A stretch of 64,000 nt of DNA, taken from contig OY776562.1 of the NCBI GenBank assembly GCA_963675785.1, forward strand, positions 1,280,001 to 1,344,000, in the 5' to 3' direction. The position numbers and the translations under genes were made by a program. The notes under the pieces are model-generated. The model saw nothing but the letters and a program-made list of their open reading frames with translations, did not search any database and was not told the origin of the DNA. Below are positions 10,218-20,635 of this stretch, in pieces; within the stretch, counting starts at the first letter, position 1; every line of letters starts with the position of its first letter. This stretch comes from Anaerolineae bacterium. GTDB lineage: Bacteria; Chloroflexota; Anaerolineae; UBA1429.

Positions 10218-11129
10218 ATGGTCACGGTCAAACGGTTGCCTGGTAACCCCATCATTACCCCCACGCTCGATGCGCGCATCGGCACCAACATCAACGGTCC
10301 TTCGCTCATCCGCGTGCCCGACTGGTTGCCCAACCCTCTGGGCAAGTATTACCTCTACTTTGGGCATCATCAGGGGCAATTCATTCGCCTGGCCTATGCT
10401 GACGCGCTCAGTGGGCCCTGGACCGTCTATGCGCCCGGTGTGCTAAACCTGACAGATACACCCATGCAGAGCCATATCGCCTCGCCGGATGTACACGTGG
10501 ATAACGAGGCCAAGCAAATTCGCCTCTACTATCACGGCGTTACGCCACAAATCTATACGGGGCGCTTTGAAGGGCAGAGCCAGGGTGTGGACTTTCGCCA
10601 GCGTACGGCCGTGGCTCTCTCCCAGGATGGCCTGCATTTCGAGGGTTTGCCCGACATCTTTGCTACCAGTTACTTACGCGCCTGGCGCTGGCAAGACATG
10701 TGGTACGCCCTGAGTATGCCCGGCCTGTTCTTTCGTTCTGCCGACGGTTTGACCAACTGGGAAGAGGGTCCTGTGCTTTTCGATCGTGACATGCGCCACG
10801 CCGCCCTGCAGCGCGATGGATGCATCCTTTCCGTCTATTATTCACAGGTGGGCGATACGCCGGAGCATATCATCATGCGTCGCATTGAACTGAGTGACGA
10901 TTGGCTGGCATGGCAAGAGGGGCCCCGCGAGGACGTGCTGCTGCCCAAAGAACCCTGGGAAGGTGCCGATCTGCCTCTGGAACCCAGCGTGCGTGGCTGG
11001 GCGTCACAGCGTGTCAATCAATTGCGCGACCCCGCCATCTATCGCGAGGATAACAAGTTTTATCTGATCTACTCGGTTGCTGGCGAAGCGGCGTTGGCGA
11101 TTGGGGAGATCAAAACCGGCATTGTCTAA
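10218..11129 (+). CDS. Five-bladed beta-propeller glycosidase-like protein (GH43/GH32/GH130-like fold)
   Basis: RLPGNPII, NINGPSLIRVPDW, YYLYF, HIASPDV, LRDPAIY..YLIYS repeated blade motifs. Confidence 0.6.
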   Translation: MVTVKRLPGNPIITPTLDARIGTNINGPSLIRVPDWLPNPLGKYYLYFGHHQGQFIRLAYADALSGPWTVYAPGVLNLTDTPMQSHIASPDVHVDNEAKQIRLYYHGVTPQIYTGRFEGQSQGVDFRQRTAVALSQDGLHFEGLPDIFATSYLRAWRWQDMWYALSMPGLFFRSADGLTNWEEGPVLFDRDMRHAALQRDGCILSVYYSQVGDTPEHIIMRRIELSDDWLAWQEGPREDVLLPKEPWEGADLPLEPSVRGWASQRVNQLRDPAIYREDNKFYLIYSVAGEAALAIGEIKTGIV

Positions 11130-11135
11130 AAGAGA

Positions 11136-11164
11136 AACCGTAGAGCCTAACAGACTCTACGGTT
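11136..11164. terminator. Hairpin between convergent genes
   Basis: AACCGTAGAG-N9-CTCTACGGTT. Confidence 0.6.
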
Positions 11165-11185
11165 CGGTATAGTAAATAGAACTTG

Positions 11186-11536
11186 CTAATCCTCGGAACG
11201 GGGGGATACATTATCCTCCATAGAAACCTCTGAAATGTCATCAACCCTCGGCTGTTGAACGTCCTTTATATAATCCAGCACATACAGACCAAAAGACATA
11301 AAACCGGAAAACACTGCGATGATGAAACACATCCTGGCCCGGACACACACAGTTTCACTGTTACAGAAACTCCAATTGACATTCAGCGTATTGGCAATAG
11401 TCCCGATGAGGGGTTCACGTGCAAATGTGCTATGGCAACCAAAGGCCAAGAATAGTACAGTTATCACCATGAACCCTAGAGCCCAGTGCCGCAAAGGCGT
11501 TTTGCTATTCTCTGGTCTGTTGTTTTCTCGATGCAC
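11186..11536 (-). CDS. Small hypothetical membrane protein
   Basis: 116-aa ORF with two hydrophobic segments in an AT-richer segment bounded by two hairpins. Confidence 0.5.
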   Translation of the reverse strand: MHRENNRPENSKTPLRHWALGFMVITVLFLAFGCHSTFAREPLIGTIANTLNVNWSFCNSETVCVRARMCFIIAVFSGFMSFGLYVLDYIKDVQQPRVDDISEVSMEDNVSPRSED

Positions 11537-11632
11537 AGCTTTAACGCCTATACTTTTCTCTCAAATTTGCCAACCATCCGATTGTATATCAGTTGATTTC
11601 ATTATGCAACGAAATAAAGAGTTTTCAATATA

Positions 11633-11669
11633 AAAAAGCCGTCAGAGTTTTGGCTTCTGACGGCTTTTT
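11633..11669. terminator. Bidirectional intrinsic terminator ending the minus-strand CAZyme operon
   Basis: AAAAAGCCGTCAGA-N9-TCTGACGGCTTTTT. Confidence 0.8.
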
Positions 11670-11680
11670 CCATCACGGGA

Positions 11681-14581
11681 CTAGCGCAGTGCTTGACGCA
11701 TCATATTGAAAACCATCTGCTGAGCCACGGGATCCACACGTCGGCCATAGAGCCCGGGCTCCTCGTAGCCTGATGCTAGGCGATGGTCGGTTAACGCCTG
11801 TGAGAGAACCAGCCGCCCATGCCCCTCGCCCAACTCTATAGCGATGATGGGGGTGCGTGCTAAATCGCGACCGCAGGCGGCCAAGGGCGTGATGCTCTCG
11901 GCGGCCCCATAGCGGCTCTCGCGGTACAGCACACCCAGATCATGCAATACAACGGGCCCGTTGGGGTCAATACTGGCTTCCAACGCGGGGGCATCCTCCA
12001 CCAAAAAACGCACGCGCTGGCGCAGTTCGGCCTGGACTTGCTCAGAAGGCTCTTTAGCAAAGGCATACTGCCCAGCCAACTCGTAAGCTACACAATGCCC
12101 GGCACGAATGGCCTGTGCATCGGCGCCCTGGCTCTCCCAAAAGGCCAGGAAAGCCTCTTGTTTGAGGCTGCCCGGTTTCATACTGGCCGCCGGCGTGGTC
12201 AGGCCTCCCTTGAGGCCGTTCCACAAGCAGCCTGACTGACTATCCAAATTGAACCAAAGCGAGGCATTGGCCGCATCTGGGTGCAGACAACTCTCGGGCT
12301 CGGCTAATTCTTCAAAGGTGAGTGCCAGACCCAGCACGCTGGCCTGTTCGCTACGCGGCTCGGGCACACGCGGCGCCCCGTCCACTGAACCCATGTAGGG
12401 ATCCTCGGCATAGCCCTCACCCAAGAAGTGCGGTCCCACGTTGAGTAGCACTGCAGGTATGCCGGCCTCGACAGCCTGACGCAAGGCAGCATTCAAATCG
12501 CTGCTGTCATTTATCTCTGACCAGAGGGCGCCGCTTACCAGCACGACATCGGCATGAGGGCCAATAGCTGTGGTTTGCAGCCCCATAGCCTGGCAAAAGG
12601 CACTCGTCTCGGCATCACGCGCAGCCACGCCGACAGTAATGCCCTCCAACTCGGGCGGCAGCAGCGGCACCAGCGTGCGCACGCGCCACTGCGATACCAC
12701 CGGATGCACCACGCCCGGCTGAGACGTCAGCAGTTCAGCCTGCAGGCGCCAATCGCCTTCCACATCAGGAAGGGTCAAGGTAACGATTTCGCTCTCCAGG
12801 CCAAAAGCTGCCACTTTGCGGCTCACTCGTAGCGTGGCAAGCGGCTCCAAGTCCAATTCACGCACCACACGCACCTCAGCCACCAACGCAGTTGCCTCAG
12901 CCGTATCATTGAACCAGTACAGCGGCAGCTCTACATGCTGCCCGGGGCTGTAATTGCGATCCCACACTTCCAAACTGACACTCCGTGGTGCCCATGCCGC
13001 GGTCAAGGCGTCCCACACCGGCTTGGGGTTACCATCAAGCAGTGGCCCCATAAAATGGTGATAGCCGTCCTCAGGCGAGCCCAGTGCGCAAAAAGGACTG
13101 AACCCCGCCGCACCCAGGCGCCGCCAGTACTCGGCCACCTGAGAATTGCTCTCGGTGTTGAGCTGCAAGCGCTGTGACGGTGTATGATTCGGCCCTAAAA
13201 AGCGCAGCAGTGAACCGGCCATGGTGGGATAGCTGCTGGATTGCAGTTCGCCTCCTAAATAGTTGCCACCGAACTCGTCTACCATAATGGGCCGCCCAAA
13301 GGGCTCGATGGATTCATAGTAGAGCCCCAGATTTTCAAAAAGACTCCACCAATACTTGTGCACGTGGGTCACATCGCGGTGGGCAATCACCAGCGGCGGG
13401 TACTCGAGCGTCAGCTCTTCCAGTGCGCCAAAGGCTTTACGTACCTCGTCGCCAGCGCTCTCGTTCCAAGGGTGATGGAGCATCACACTGGGATGGCGCA
13501 TGGCCAAGTCGAACCAATCGCGCCACTGGGCTATCAGGCTCTCTTTAGATGCCTTGATGCCGTGGAAAAAGCTCCACTCCAACTGCACCATCAGCCCTGC
13601 GCGGTCGCACAAGTCCAACAGGGCCTCAGGTGGCGTGCCCAAGTGAAAGCGCAGCGTGTTGGCCCCGTGTTCTTTGAGCCGCTGCACGATGTTACGCTCG
13701 AACCAATCACTATCAAAAGCCAGTTCGCGCACCTCGGGGTCGCGACACCAGCGATGCCACACCACCGTATCCGCCCGCAAGTGCACCGGCTGGCCATTGA
13801 GCACAAACCCCAGACCCTCGATGCCAAAGTGTTTTTTACCCCAAGCGCAGCTGCGTTGATCTACTACTTGGCCTTGCAGCAGCGAGACTCGCACGGTATA
13901 GACATTGGGTGTATCCGGCGTCCAGGGGGTGCAGGCCCCGCGCAAAGACACATGCGCCTCACACTCTCCCACCTCAGCCGCCATTTCAACAGAAGCAACG
14001 CACTGGCCAGCATCGTCCAATACTTGGACGCGCAGGGTATCCGGAATGATGCCCCCAGCGTTATCCACACCCACCTTGACCACCAACGCGTCGTTGTCCC
14101 AGTCGGTCCAGGGCACCAAGCGGGTGATGCGCGCCCCACCATGCAGATGGAGGCGCACCGTATCCCACAGGCAGGCCGAGACGTTACTGCGCCACCAATC
14201 AGCCTCAGGAATGCGCGAAGCATCCTCCTCTGGCACGCGATCCAATGGTTGCAGGGCGATCTCCAGGGTAATGGTCTCACCGGGGCGTACCGCCGAATGC
14301 CACAGCAGGTGCTGTGTGGGGGCCATACCGCCCACTGTCTCGGAAACCAGATCACCATTGACATAGACACTCGGGCAGAAACGCGCGCCGTTGAGCACCA
14401 GCGTGGCCATGGTCCAATCACCAGCGGGAAGTATCACCTCTCGCCGATACCAGACCATGCCAGCGTCGATTTCTCGCGGATCGCCCATCAAACCGGGCAC
14501 AGGCACAGTCAGGCTGTACTCGCGATCGAGTCCGGCCCGCCAGTATCCGTCCAGCACGATTTCCTTGGTGCGATCGCTCAT
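11681..14581 (-). CDS. GH2-family glycoside hydrolase with long C-terminal extension
   Basis: VWYRREV sugar-binding domain, PWTPDTPNVY, FVLNGQPV, GANTLRFH, LDLCDRAGLMV, PWNE, VDEFGG. Confidence 0.75.
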   Translation of the reverse strand: MSDRTKEIVLDGYWRAGLDREYSLTVPVPGLMGDPREIDAGMVWYRREVILPAGDWTMATLVLNGARFCPSVYVNGDLVSETVGGMAPTQHLLWHSAVRPGETITLEIALQPLDRVPEEDASRIPEADWWRSNVSACLWDTVRLHLHGGARITRLVPWTDWDNDALVVKVGVDNAGGIIPDTLRVQVLDDAGQCVASVEMAAEVGECEAHVSLRGACTPWTPDTPNVYTVRVSLLQGQVVDQRSCAWGKKHFGIEGLGFVLNGQPVHLRADTVVWHRWCRDPEVRELAFDSDWFERNIVQRLKEHGANTLRFHLGTPPEALLDLCDRAGLMVQLEWSFFHGIKASKESLIAQWRDWFDLAMRHPSVMLHHPWNESAGDEVRKAFGALEELTLEYPPLVIAHRDVTHVHKYWWSLFENLGLYYESIEPFGRPIMVDEFGGNYLGGELQSSSYPTMAGSLLRFLGPNHTPSQRLQLNTESNSQVAEYWRRLGAAGFSPFCALGSPEDGYHHFMGPLLDGNPKPVWDALTAAWAPRSVSLEVWDRNYSPGQHVELPLYWFNDTAEATALVAEVRVVRELDLEPLATLRVSRKVAAFGLESEIVTLTLPDVEGDWRLQAELLTSQPGVVHPVVSQWRVRTLVPLLPPELEGITVGVAARDAETSAFCQAMGLQTTAIGPHADVVLVSGALWSEINDSSDLNAALRQAVEAGIPAVLLNVGPHFLGEGYAEDPYMGSVDGAPRVPEPRSEQASVLGLALTFEELAEPESCLHPDAANASLWFNLDSQSGCLWNGLKGGLTTPAASMKPGSLKQEAFLAFWESQGADAQAIRAGHCVAYELAGQYAFAKEPSEQVQAELRQRVRFLVEDAPALEASIDPNGPVVLHDLGVLYRESRYGAAESITPLAACGRDLARTPIIAIELGEGHGRLVLSQALTDHRLASGYEEPGLYGRRVDPVAQQMVFNMMRQALR

Positions 14582-16281
14582 GCCTTCTTATCCTGTTCAG
14601 CCAGGCGGTGGAACAAATCCCGAACGATATAGTAGGCCATCTTGGGGCGGCGGAACTCGTCCACCACGCCCTTGTTGTTGAGGGTGCGCGGCCGTGTTAT
14701 CGCACGGTCGGGGTTGCTGAGAATGTCACAATACTGCCAGATGTAACAACCGCGGACGTTCTTGTTCTGGCGCATCTGCATGATCTGCCGACTGAGCTGT
14801 TGCGACTGGTGTTCTTCGCTCCACTTGCGGCGAGCCATGCTGTGATAGCCACTCAAGCCGCCAGCGCCAAACTCGGTGATGAGCATGGGTTTGTCCGGGT
14901 AGAGTTCGGCCATCTTGTTGAGGTAACCGGGAAAGTCCTCGCCTTCGATGTCTTCCACGTACCAGCCGATGTACTCGTTGAGACAGATAATGTCGCACAA
15001 ATCCAGGTAGCGATCGTTCCAGTAGCGCATGGTCACGTGGGTTACGAGGCGAGAATCATCCAACGAACGGGCCAGCGCATAGAGCTCTTCAGTGCCTTTG
15101 CGCACATCCAATCCATCCTCGTTTTCCCAATGGGTCTCGCTCTCGTTATGTAGACTCCACACATAGATACTGGGGTGGTTATAATACTGGTAGACCATCT
15201 CCTGCAGCATGTTCTTGAGCAGTGAAAGCGTCGGTTCTTGCGAGAGCATACGCGCCGTGTACTGCCAGCCTGGGATCTCGGAGAAGAACAGGATGCCCTC
15301 TTCGTCGCACAGGTCCAAAAAAGCCTGGCTGTTGGGATAATGGCTACCGCGAATGGTATTGCAGCCCAATTGCTTGATGATGTCCATATCGCGCTTCATC
15401 AGCTTGACCGGCAGGGCAAAGCCCCAGTCGGGGTGATCCTCATGGCGGTTGACGCCGCGCAACCACAACGACTGGCCGTTGAGGGTGATGGTGGCGCCAT
15501 CCGTGGCGATATCGCGGAAGCCAAAGCGCTCCTGATAGCCATCATCGTCCAACAGACATACGGCCGTATAAAGGTTGGGTTCTTCCAATGACCACAGTCG
15601 TGGCGAATCCAACTTGGCCTCAAAGACCTTGCTGCCCGCCTTGCCTGCACCCACAGTCAGTTCTTCATCGATCAGTTCTTCTTCATCGACGAAAATGCCC
15701 AATGGGACTGTCGCCTTTTCATCGCTGATGTTGCGATAGTACACAGTAAAGCTAAGCGTGCCATCCGCCCGTGCCTTGACATGCAGGTTCTCAATGAACA
15801 CACCGGGCAGTTTTTCGGCGAATATGCTGCGAGTAATGCCCCCATAGGGATACCAATCCACTACGGTCTTAGGCAAGGTTTCTTCAGCATGGCGGTTATC
15901 GGCACGCACCACCAGTACGTTCTCGCCTTCTTCAAGATAGGCACCAAACTGGAAGGCAGTAAAGTCTCCTTCATGCCCGCCCAACTCGACGCCATTCAGC
16001 CACACACGCGAACGATAAGCCACAGCGCCAAAAGTGAGCAGGTACATGCCTTCTTCATCCACCTCGAACGTGCGATGATACCAGCCCACGCCCTGATAGT
16101 CTTCCAGCCCAAGCTCAGTCTCCCACACGCCAGGAACCCACATGCGGCGTCCCTGGGCCACGGGGAAATCTTGACCCCAGCCAGCAGCCTCACCAGTTTC
16201 CTGAGTATCTGTTACAAAATGCCACCAGCCGTCCAGTTCGATCTTGTCTCGACCGGGTGTGCGATCATACAATCCTAGCAT
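14578..16281 (-). CDS. GH2 beta-glucuronidase/beta-galactosidase-like
   Basis: GVGWYHRTF, LRGVNRHED, NTIRGSHYP, WSLHNE (acid/base), ITEFG (nucleophile), NNKG motif seen in beta-glucuronidases. Confidence 0.9.
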   Translation of the reverse strand: MLGLYDRTPGRDKIELDGWWHFVTDTQETGEAAGWGQDFPVAQGRRMWVPGVWETELGLEDYQGVGWYHRTFEVDEEGMYLLTFGAVAYRSRVWLNGVELGGHEGDFTAFQFGAYLEEGENVLVVRADNRHAEETLPKTVVDWYPYGGITRSIFAEKLPGVFIENLHVKARADGTLSFTVYYRNISDEKATVPLGIFVDEEELIDEELTVGAGKAGSKVFEAKLDSPRLWSLEEPNLYTAVCLLDDDGYQERFGFRDIATDGATITLNGQSLWLRGVNRHEDHPDWGFALPVKLMKRDMDIIKQLGCNTIRGSHYPNSQAFLDLCDEEGILFFSEIPGWQYTARMLSQEPTLSLLKNMLQEMVYQYYNHPSIYVWSLHNESETHWENEDGLDVRKGTEELYALARSLDDSRLVTHVTMRYWNDRYLDLCDIICLNEYIGWYVEDIEGEDFPGYLNKMAELYPDKPMLITEFGAGGLSGYHSMARRKWSEEHQSQQLSRQIMQMRQNKNVRGCYIWQYCDILSNPDRAITRPRTLNNKGVVDEFRRPKMAYYIVRDLFHRLAEQDKKA

Positions 16282-16284
16282 TGT

Positions 16285-17568
16285 CTACTCCTCTGTATTT
16301 TTGTCGACTGGCGGTTTGGGGCGTCGTTCCAAAAGATTCTTGAACCAGTCTCTTAACTTGACAAAGAATCGTTGGCCCTTTGACGAGAGACTCTCGTGAT
16401 TGACCTGCCGGGCCGCAGTCCCCTCTAGTTCAGAAGGGTCTACCATCGTCAAAAATCCTGTTTCATCCAATCCCACAGCCACTGGCTTGTCTTTGAGACC
16501 AAGTGTATCAAAGGAATATAGTTCTCGCACCAGTACGATTCCTACCGCCAGGATGGGCACCGCCAACACAATGCCAATGGCACCAAACAGAATCGCCGCA
16601 ACGAGCTGAAACACCAACACGGCAGCTACTGGGATGTTGAGTTCCGATTTGACGATGGAGGGTGTGATAACATTGCTTTCCAGTAGCTGGATGATCAAAT
16701 AAACCGGAGCCACCACCAACAACTTGGCCGGGTCAGCAGCCAATTGAAAGAGCAAAATAGGGATGAGTGGTAAGAACGCGCCGATGTTGGGTATAAAGCT
16801 GCTCAGTCCTGCGATAACCGCCACCGTAATCGCGTGCGATGCGCCGAGTATTCCCCCTAAAACGAGCCATACCAAAGCTGTTGTGATGAACACCGAGGCC
16901 AGTTGGGCGCGAATCCAGGTGACCAGCGTCATATAGACGGCGTTCCACACGTCCAGCAAACGCTGTCGCTTACGCTCTGGCACCAGATAGAGGCTGACTC
17001 GTACGTACGTCCCCGGCTCAATGAGCAACATGATTGCGATGACTAGAATGATCAACAGATTGCCGATGATTCCCGAGATAGCAGTCAAACCGCCATAAAG
17101 AATCGGCAAACCGGCACTCACCGTGCTTCCAAAATAGTCCAACAGTGACTCGACTAGGTCAGGACTGACTTCCAGGGCCCCAGTCTCAATATTACGTAAT
17201 GGTGGGAGCACGTTCACCAGGTATTCGGAAGTTGCTAGCCGTAGCTGTTCATACCCATCGACAGCATTGTTTACCAAACCAGGAAGTTCACGGACGAGTG
17301 AGCCTAGTTCATTGATAATAGGCGGGATCATGATGAATCCTAACAATGTGGCTATGCCTAACGTTAGGACGACTGCCAACAACACAGCCAAGCCGTGTTT
17401 GACCTTCCATTTGCGCTGAAACCAACGTACAAACACCCCCATGCCCACCGCCAGCACAATAGCCAGCGTAGCCAGCAGCAGTTGGTCGCGCAAGAGCCAG
17501 ACACAAACCATAATCAAAGCCAGCAACACCACAAATAGGGTACGCTTGGCAAACTCGGCAAAGCTCAT
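16285..17568 (-). CDS. AI-2E family transporter
   Basis: Multi-TM; SFIPNIG, IQLLESNVITP, GIVLAVPILA motifs. Confidence 0.88.
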   Translation of the reverse strand: MSFAEFAKRTLFVVLLALIMVCVWLLRDQLLLATLAIVLAVGMGVFVRWFQRKWKVKHGLAVLLAVVLTLGIATLLGFIMIPPIINELGSLVRELPGLVNNAVDGYEQLRLATSEYLVNVLPPLRNIETGALEVSPDLVESLLDYFGSTVSAGLPILYGGLTAISGIIGNLLIILVIAIMLLIEPGTYVRVSLYLVPERKRQRLLDVWNAVYMTLVTWIRAQLASVFITTALVWLVLGGILGASHAITVAVIAGLSSFIPNIGAFLPLIPILLFQLAADPAKLLVVAPVYLIIQLLESNVITPSIVKSELNIPVAAVLVFQLVAAILFGAIGIVLAVPILAVGIVLVRELYSFDTLGLKDKPVAVGLDETGFLTMVDPSELEGTAARQVNHESLSSKGQRFFVKLRDWFKNLLERRPKPPVDKNTEE

Positions 17569-17620
17569 GAACGGCTCGCTCCTCTCTGTCTCAGGGTCAA
17601 GGCGGGTCGCTCGAACAGAC

Positions 17621-18859
17621 TCACCAGCCTGTTACCATGTACGTCTGCAAAATTCCCGACTCGTCCGAATTGAAAAAGCCCTTGGTACCATCCGGCGAAA
17701 GGAAAGGATGGACATGGGCGCCCTTGACCATGCTGCATTTGGGATTCGCCACAGGCGTTAGCCCCTGCAGCGGCGAAATACCATCTTGAGGCAATTGAGC
17801 TACATATACAGCCTGGCGTTCGGGATGATTCACGTTATTGTCCACGATAAAGCGTTCGCCAGCGATATCGGTAGCGAAATGGTAGAAATGGCACCCAGGT
17901 TTGATGCGGCTCAGTTCATTGCGGACAGCTTTACTGCCCGGCGTGCAACGACCAATATGCCCGGCAAAGGGCAGCGCCTTACCAGCGATGAGTTGGTGCT
18001 CCTTGGGCACGTTACAGAACGTGCTGGTAATGCAGTCCGTGCTGCGCCCAATCCAGCACTGGTGCCCCTGGCAGTGTTCGTTGCCGTCACGTCCCCAGGG
18101 CAAATTGCGAAAGCTGGTGCCATCATCGCTGATCACGTGAATCTCTATACCCAACTCATCTACTGTATCTACCTGCACACCATCGGGACGATAGCGGCGA
18201 TCGTGATCCTCCTGCACCAGTATATCATGGCTAGCTTGGGGATTGGTGGAGCGACAATACTGGGCATGCATATTGCCCCAGGTCCAGCCATAGAGGGGCA
18301 CCGTCACTTCACCTGTCGTAATATCAAACACCATCAGGCCAAAAGGGATATCCCCACGGGCACCATCACTCAAAAAGCCGCTGATGGCGATGCGTTTCCC
18401 GTCGGAGGAAATGGTCGAGAGCGGATAGATGCGACTGGGGCGAAAACTGGTGCCGCGAATGGGGGCGTCCACTACTGTGATGGTTTGACGCTCCGTACCA
18501 TCGAGGTGCACCCGTTTGAGAATCAGTTTGCCACTACCCAATTCCGTCTCGTTGACGAAATAGTAGAGCCACTCACCATCCGACGAAAGCGAAGGGCCCG
18601 TGGTTCCCGTCTCGATGGTGATGGGGCTAAAAGAACCGCCGTCTTCCAGATCGCACACCAGGTAGCGGTGCTCAGGGTCGTTCTTATCCGAGCCGTGAGC
18701 ATGTGCCGAACGATGCAACACGAATCGGCGGTTATCGGGATGAAAAATCTGCGCTTCCATGTAAACGTGGGAAGAAGGCACCTCGGGCTCGTCAGTCAAT
18801 TGCCAGACGCTCACCCCCTTGGGGGCATCCTCATGCACCAAATCAGGCCGTTCGATCAT
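17621..18859 (-). CDS. Oligogalacturonate-lyase-like/TolB-like beta-propeller protein (divergent paralogue)
   Basis: GVSVWQLTD, HVYMEAQIF, GHQCW, YHFATD, AHVHPFLSPDG..FFNSDESG. Confidence 0.6.
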   Translation of the reverse strand: MIERPDLVHEDAPKGVSVWQLTDEPEVPSSHVYMEAQIFHPDNRRFVLHRSAHAHGSDKNDPEHRYLVCDLEDGGSFSPITIETGTTGPSLSSDGEWLYYFVNETELGSGKLILKRVHLDGTERQTITVVDAPIRGTSFRPSRIYPLSTISSDGKRIAISGFLSDGARGDIPFGLMVFDITTGEVTVPLYGWTWGNMHAQYCRSTNPQASHDILVQEDHDRRYRPDGVQVDTVDELGIEIHVISDDGTSFRNLPWGRDGNEHCQGHQCWIGRSTDCITSTFCNVPKEHQLIAGKALPFAGHIGRCTPGSKAVRNELSRIKPGCHFYHFATDIAGERFIVDNNVNHPERQAVYVAQLPQDGISPLQGLTPVANPKCSMVKGAHVHPFLSPDGTKGFFNSDESGILQTYMVTGW

Positions 18860-18890
18860 CTTTTCCGTACCTCTATGCTCTTATCAGTTG

Positions 18891-20624
18891 CTACTCATCT
18901 ACAGCAATATGCCAAGCAGCACTAGCGCCACGTTCCTGCAGATCGATGCGGATCAAGCCGCACACACCACGGCGATTATCATAGCCATAGGGTAATACCA
19001 TCACGTGCTCGGTAGCGCCCTCAGCAACAATGCGCACCTTTTCTTCGCCCAACTGCAGATGAATCACCGTGTCGTTGGGTTGTCGCTCTACGGTCACCTG
19101 CGTCTCGTATCCCAGGCCGCAATCACGCAGATAGGGGATCAGCAGTGTGCTGTACAACTGGCCGCCCTCCAGCTCTTCGGAGGCATGAACACCCTCGCCA
19201 TCTACCTGCACATCGCTGAAAACCCTAAAGGGCACGCCCTTGACACGACTAGTGAGGCGCACAGCACAATCGCCCACCTGCTCATACCCGCCTATCGGTC
19301 GTGGATCGAGCTGAGCCAGCACCATGAGCGGTTCAGGGCCGGGGGCCTCGCGAGCAGCCAAGCCCATATTGTACCAATGCTCCGGCGCCGAGAGGTGATG
19401 GGTGCTGCTGGCCCACTGCAAGTAACGGCCGGGGCCAAAGGTCACATCTACCAGGCCAAAGCCATCGTAATGCTCGTCGGCCCAGCCATTCAAGGCAGCA
19501 GTATAGCGCCCATTATGCAGCACGGCGCGGCAAAATGGATCGCCCTCAACCCACACCGAGGGCGTGCGATCGCAGCTCGTTGCCGGTTCTTCGTTATAGC
19601 CATCCGACACAGCACGAGCCAAGAACCCCAGTGCAAGATTGGCATAGTGCGCATCGGCTGTATAGTCTTCATAGCCCACGCGATAGGACCAGGGCAATAG
19701 ATTTTGCACCGGACTATAGGGACCGTCGGGGCGCTGCCACAAAGCAAAAGAGGCCTGTGATAAACGAATAGCAGCACGAGCGCGTTTTGCCCATTCTTCC
19801 TCACCCCGTGCGCTTAACAAATTCGCCGCCATGGTCAGATAGGCCATCTGACAACCCAATGTCCAAGTTTGGCCGGTGCTGCGATAAGCCGAAGCCAGCG
19901 AGCCATCGGAAAGCTGCACGGCCAACGAGCGACGCACGCCGGGCAGCAGCCAATCCTCTATCTGCGACTTGTACGCGCCATCATAGCCCTCGACCAGCAT
20001 CAGCGTCAGGTGATAGCGGGTGAATAGGTCATAGCTATTGGGATGCCCTGGTTCCTGATAGTAACCGCCCGGTATGCTGATGTGCACCTCGAAAAAAGGC
20101 GCCAGCCAGGCGTCGATATCCTCCATAGTATAGGGAGAAAGCCCCTCGCGCACCCGCAGCCACTCGCCACTGAGCCACACCGAAGCCCAATTGGCTGGGG
20201 GCCTGCTGCGAAAGGCGTCTGGCACTTGTACGGCACGGATGCGCTCACCTACTTTTGCAGCTTCGCTAGGCGCGATGTGTTTGAGAATCAGAAAAGTCTG
20301 CAAGATAGGCGGCCAAAAGAAATCGCGATGGTTGAGCCGGGCGACCACCGAGCCATCGATCCGACTCACCGAAGAAACAGTGGCCGAGCGGCTAGTGTCG
20401 CTCACCAAATCCAGAGCCACATGTACTGCCTGAATCGATCGCCGCAGGTTATCTGCTCGATTTTTGGGCGATCCTTTTTCAGCCAGCACCGCTCGCCCAA
20501 AGGCATGGTACGGCGTGCCGTACTGGGTCGGCTGGCCCATGAGCGGATCATTGATCTCGCCACGCTCATCCTGATAGACCGCATAGCTATCGATGCCACG
20601 CTGGAGTAACTCAATGGCACTCAT
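18891..20624 (-). CDS. Uncharacterised protein, tandem paralogue of 20636-22366 (putative alpha/alpha-toroid plus beta-sandwich carbohydrate enzyme)
   Basis: Shares GEIxDPLMGxPTQYGTPYHA, LNHRDFFWP, YQEPGHPNxYDLFTRYHL, SLAVQLSDGS, YTADAH with neighbour. Confidence 0.8.
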   Translation of the reverse strand: MSAIELLQRGIDSYAVYQDERGEINDPLMGQPTQYGTPYHAFGRAVLAEKGSPKNRADNLRRSIQAVHVALDLVSDTSRSATVSSVSRIDGSVVARLNHRDFFWPPILQTFLILKHIAPSEAAKVGERIRAVQVPDAFRSRPPANWASVWLSGEWLRVREGLSPYTMEDIDAWLAPFFEVHISIPGGYYQEPGHPNSYDLFTRYHLTLMLVEGYDGAYKSQIEDWLLPGVRRSLAVQLSDGSLASAYRSTGQTWTLGCQMAYLTMAANLLSARGEEEWAKRARAAIRLSQASFALWQRPDGPYSPVQNLLPWSYRVGYEDYTADAHYANLALGFLARAVSDGYNEEPATSCDRTPSVWVEGDPFCRAVLHNGRYTAALNGWADEHYDGFGLVDVTFGPGRYLQWASSTHHLSAPEHWYNMGLAAREAPGPEPLMVLAQLDPRPIGGYEQVGDCAVRLTSRVKGVPFRVFSDVQVDGEGVHASEELEGGQLYSTLLIPYLRDCGLGYETQVTVERQPNDTVIHLQLGEEKVRIVAEGATEHVMVLPYGYDNRRGVCGLIRIDLQERGASAAWHIAVDE

Positions 20625-20635
20625 GAGGTCCGCCT

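Noticed and set aside
13358-14632. 424-aa plus-strand ORF and similar long opposite-strand ORFs (17786-18925, 35412-36449, 57828-58763)
   Set aside because: Antisense to well-supported genes; no recognisable motifs.
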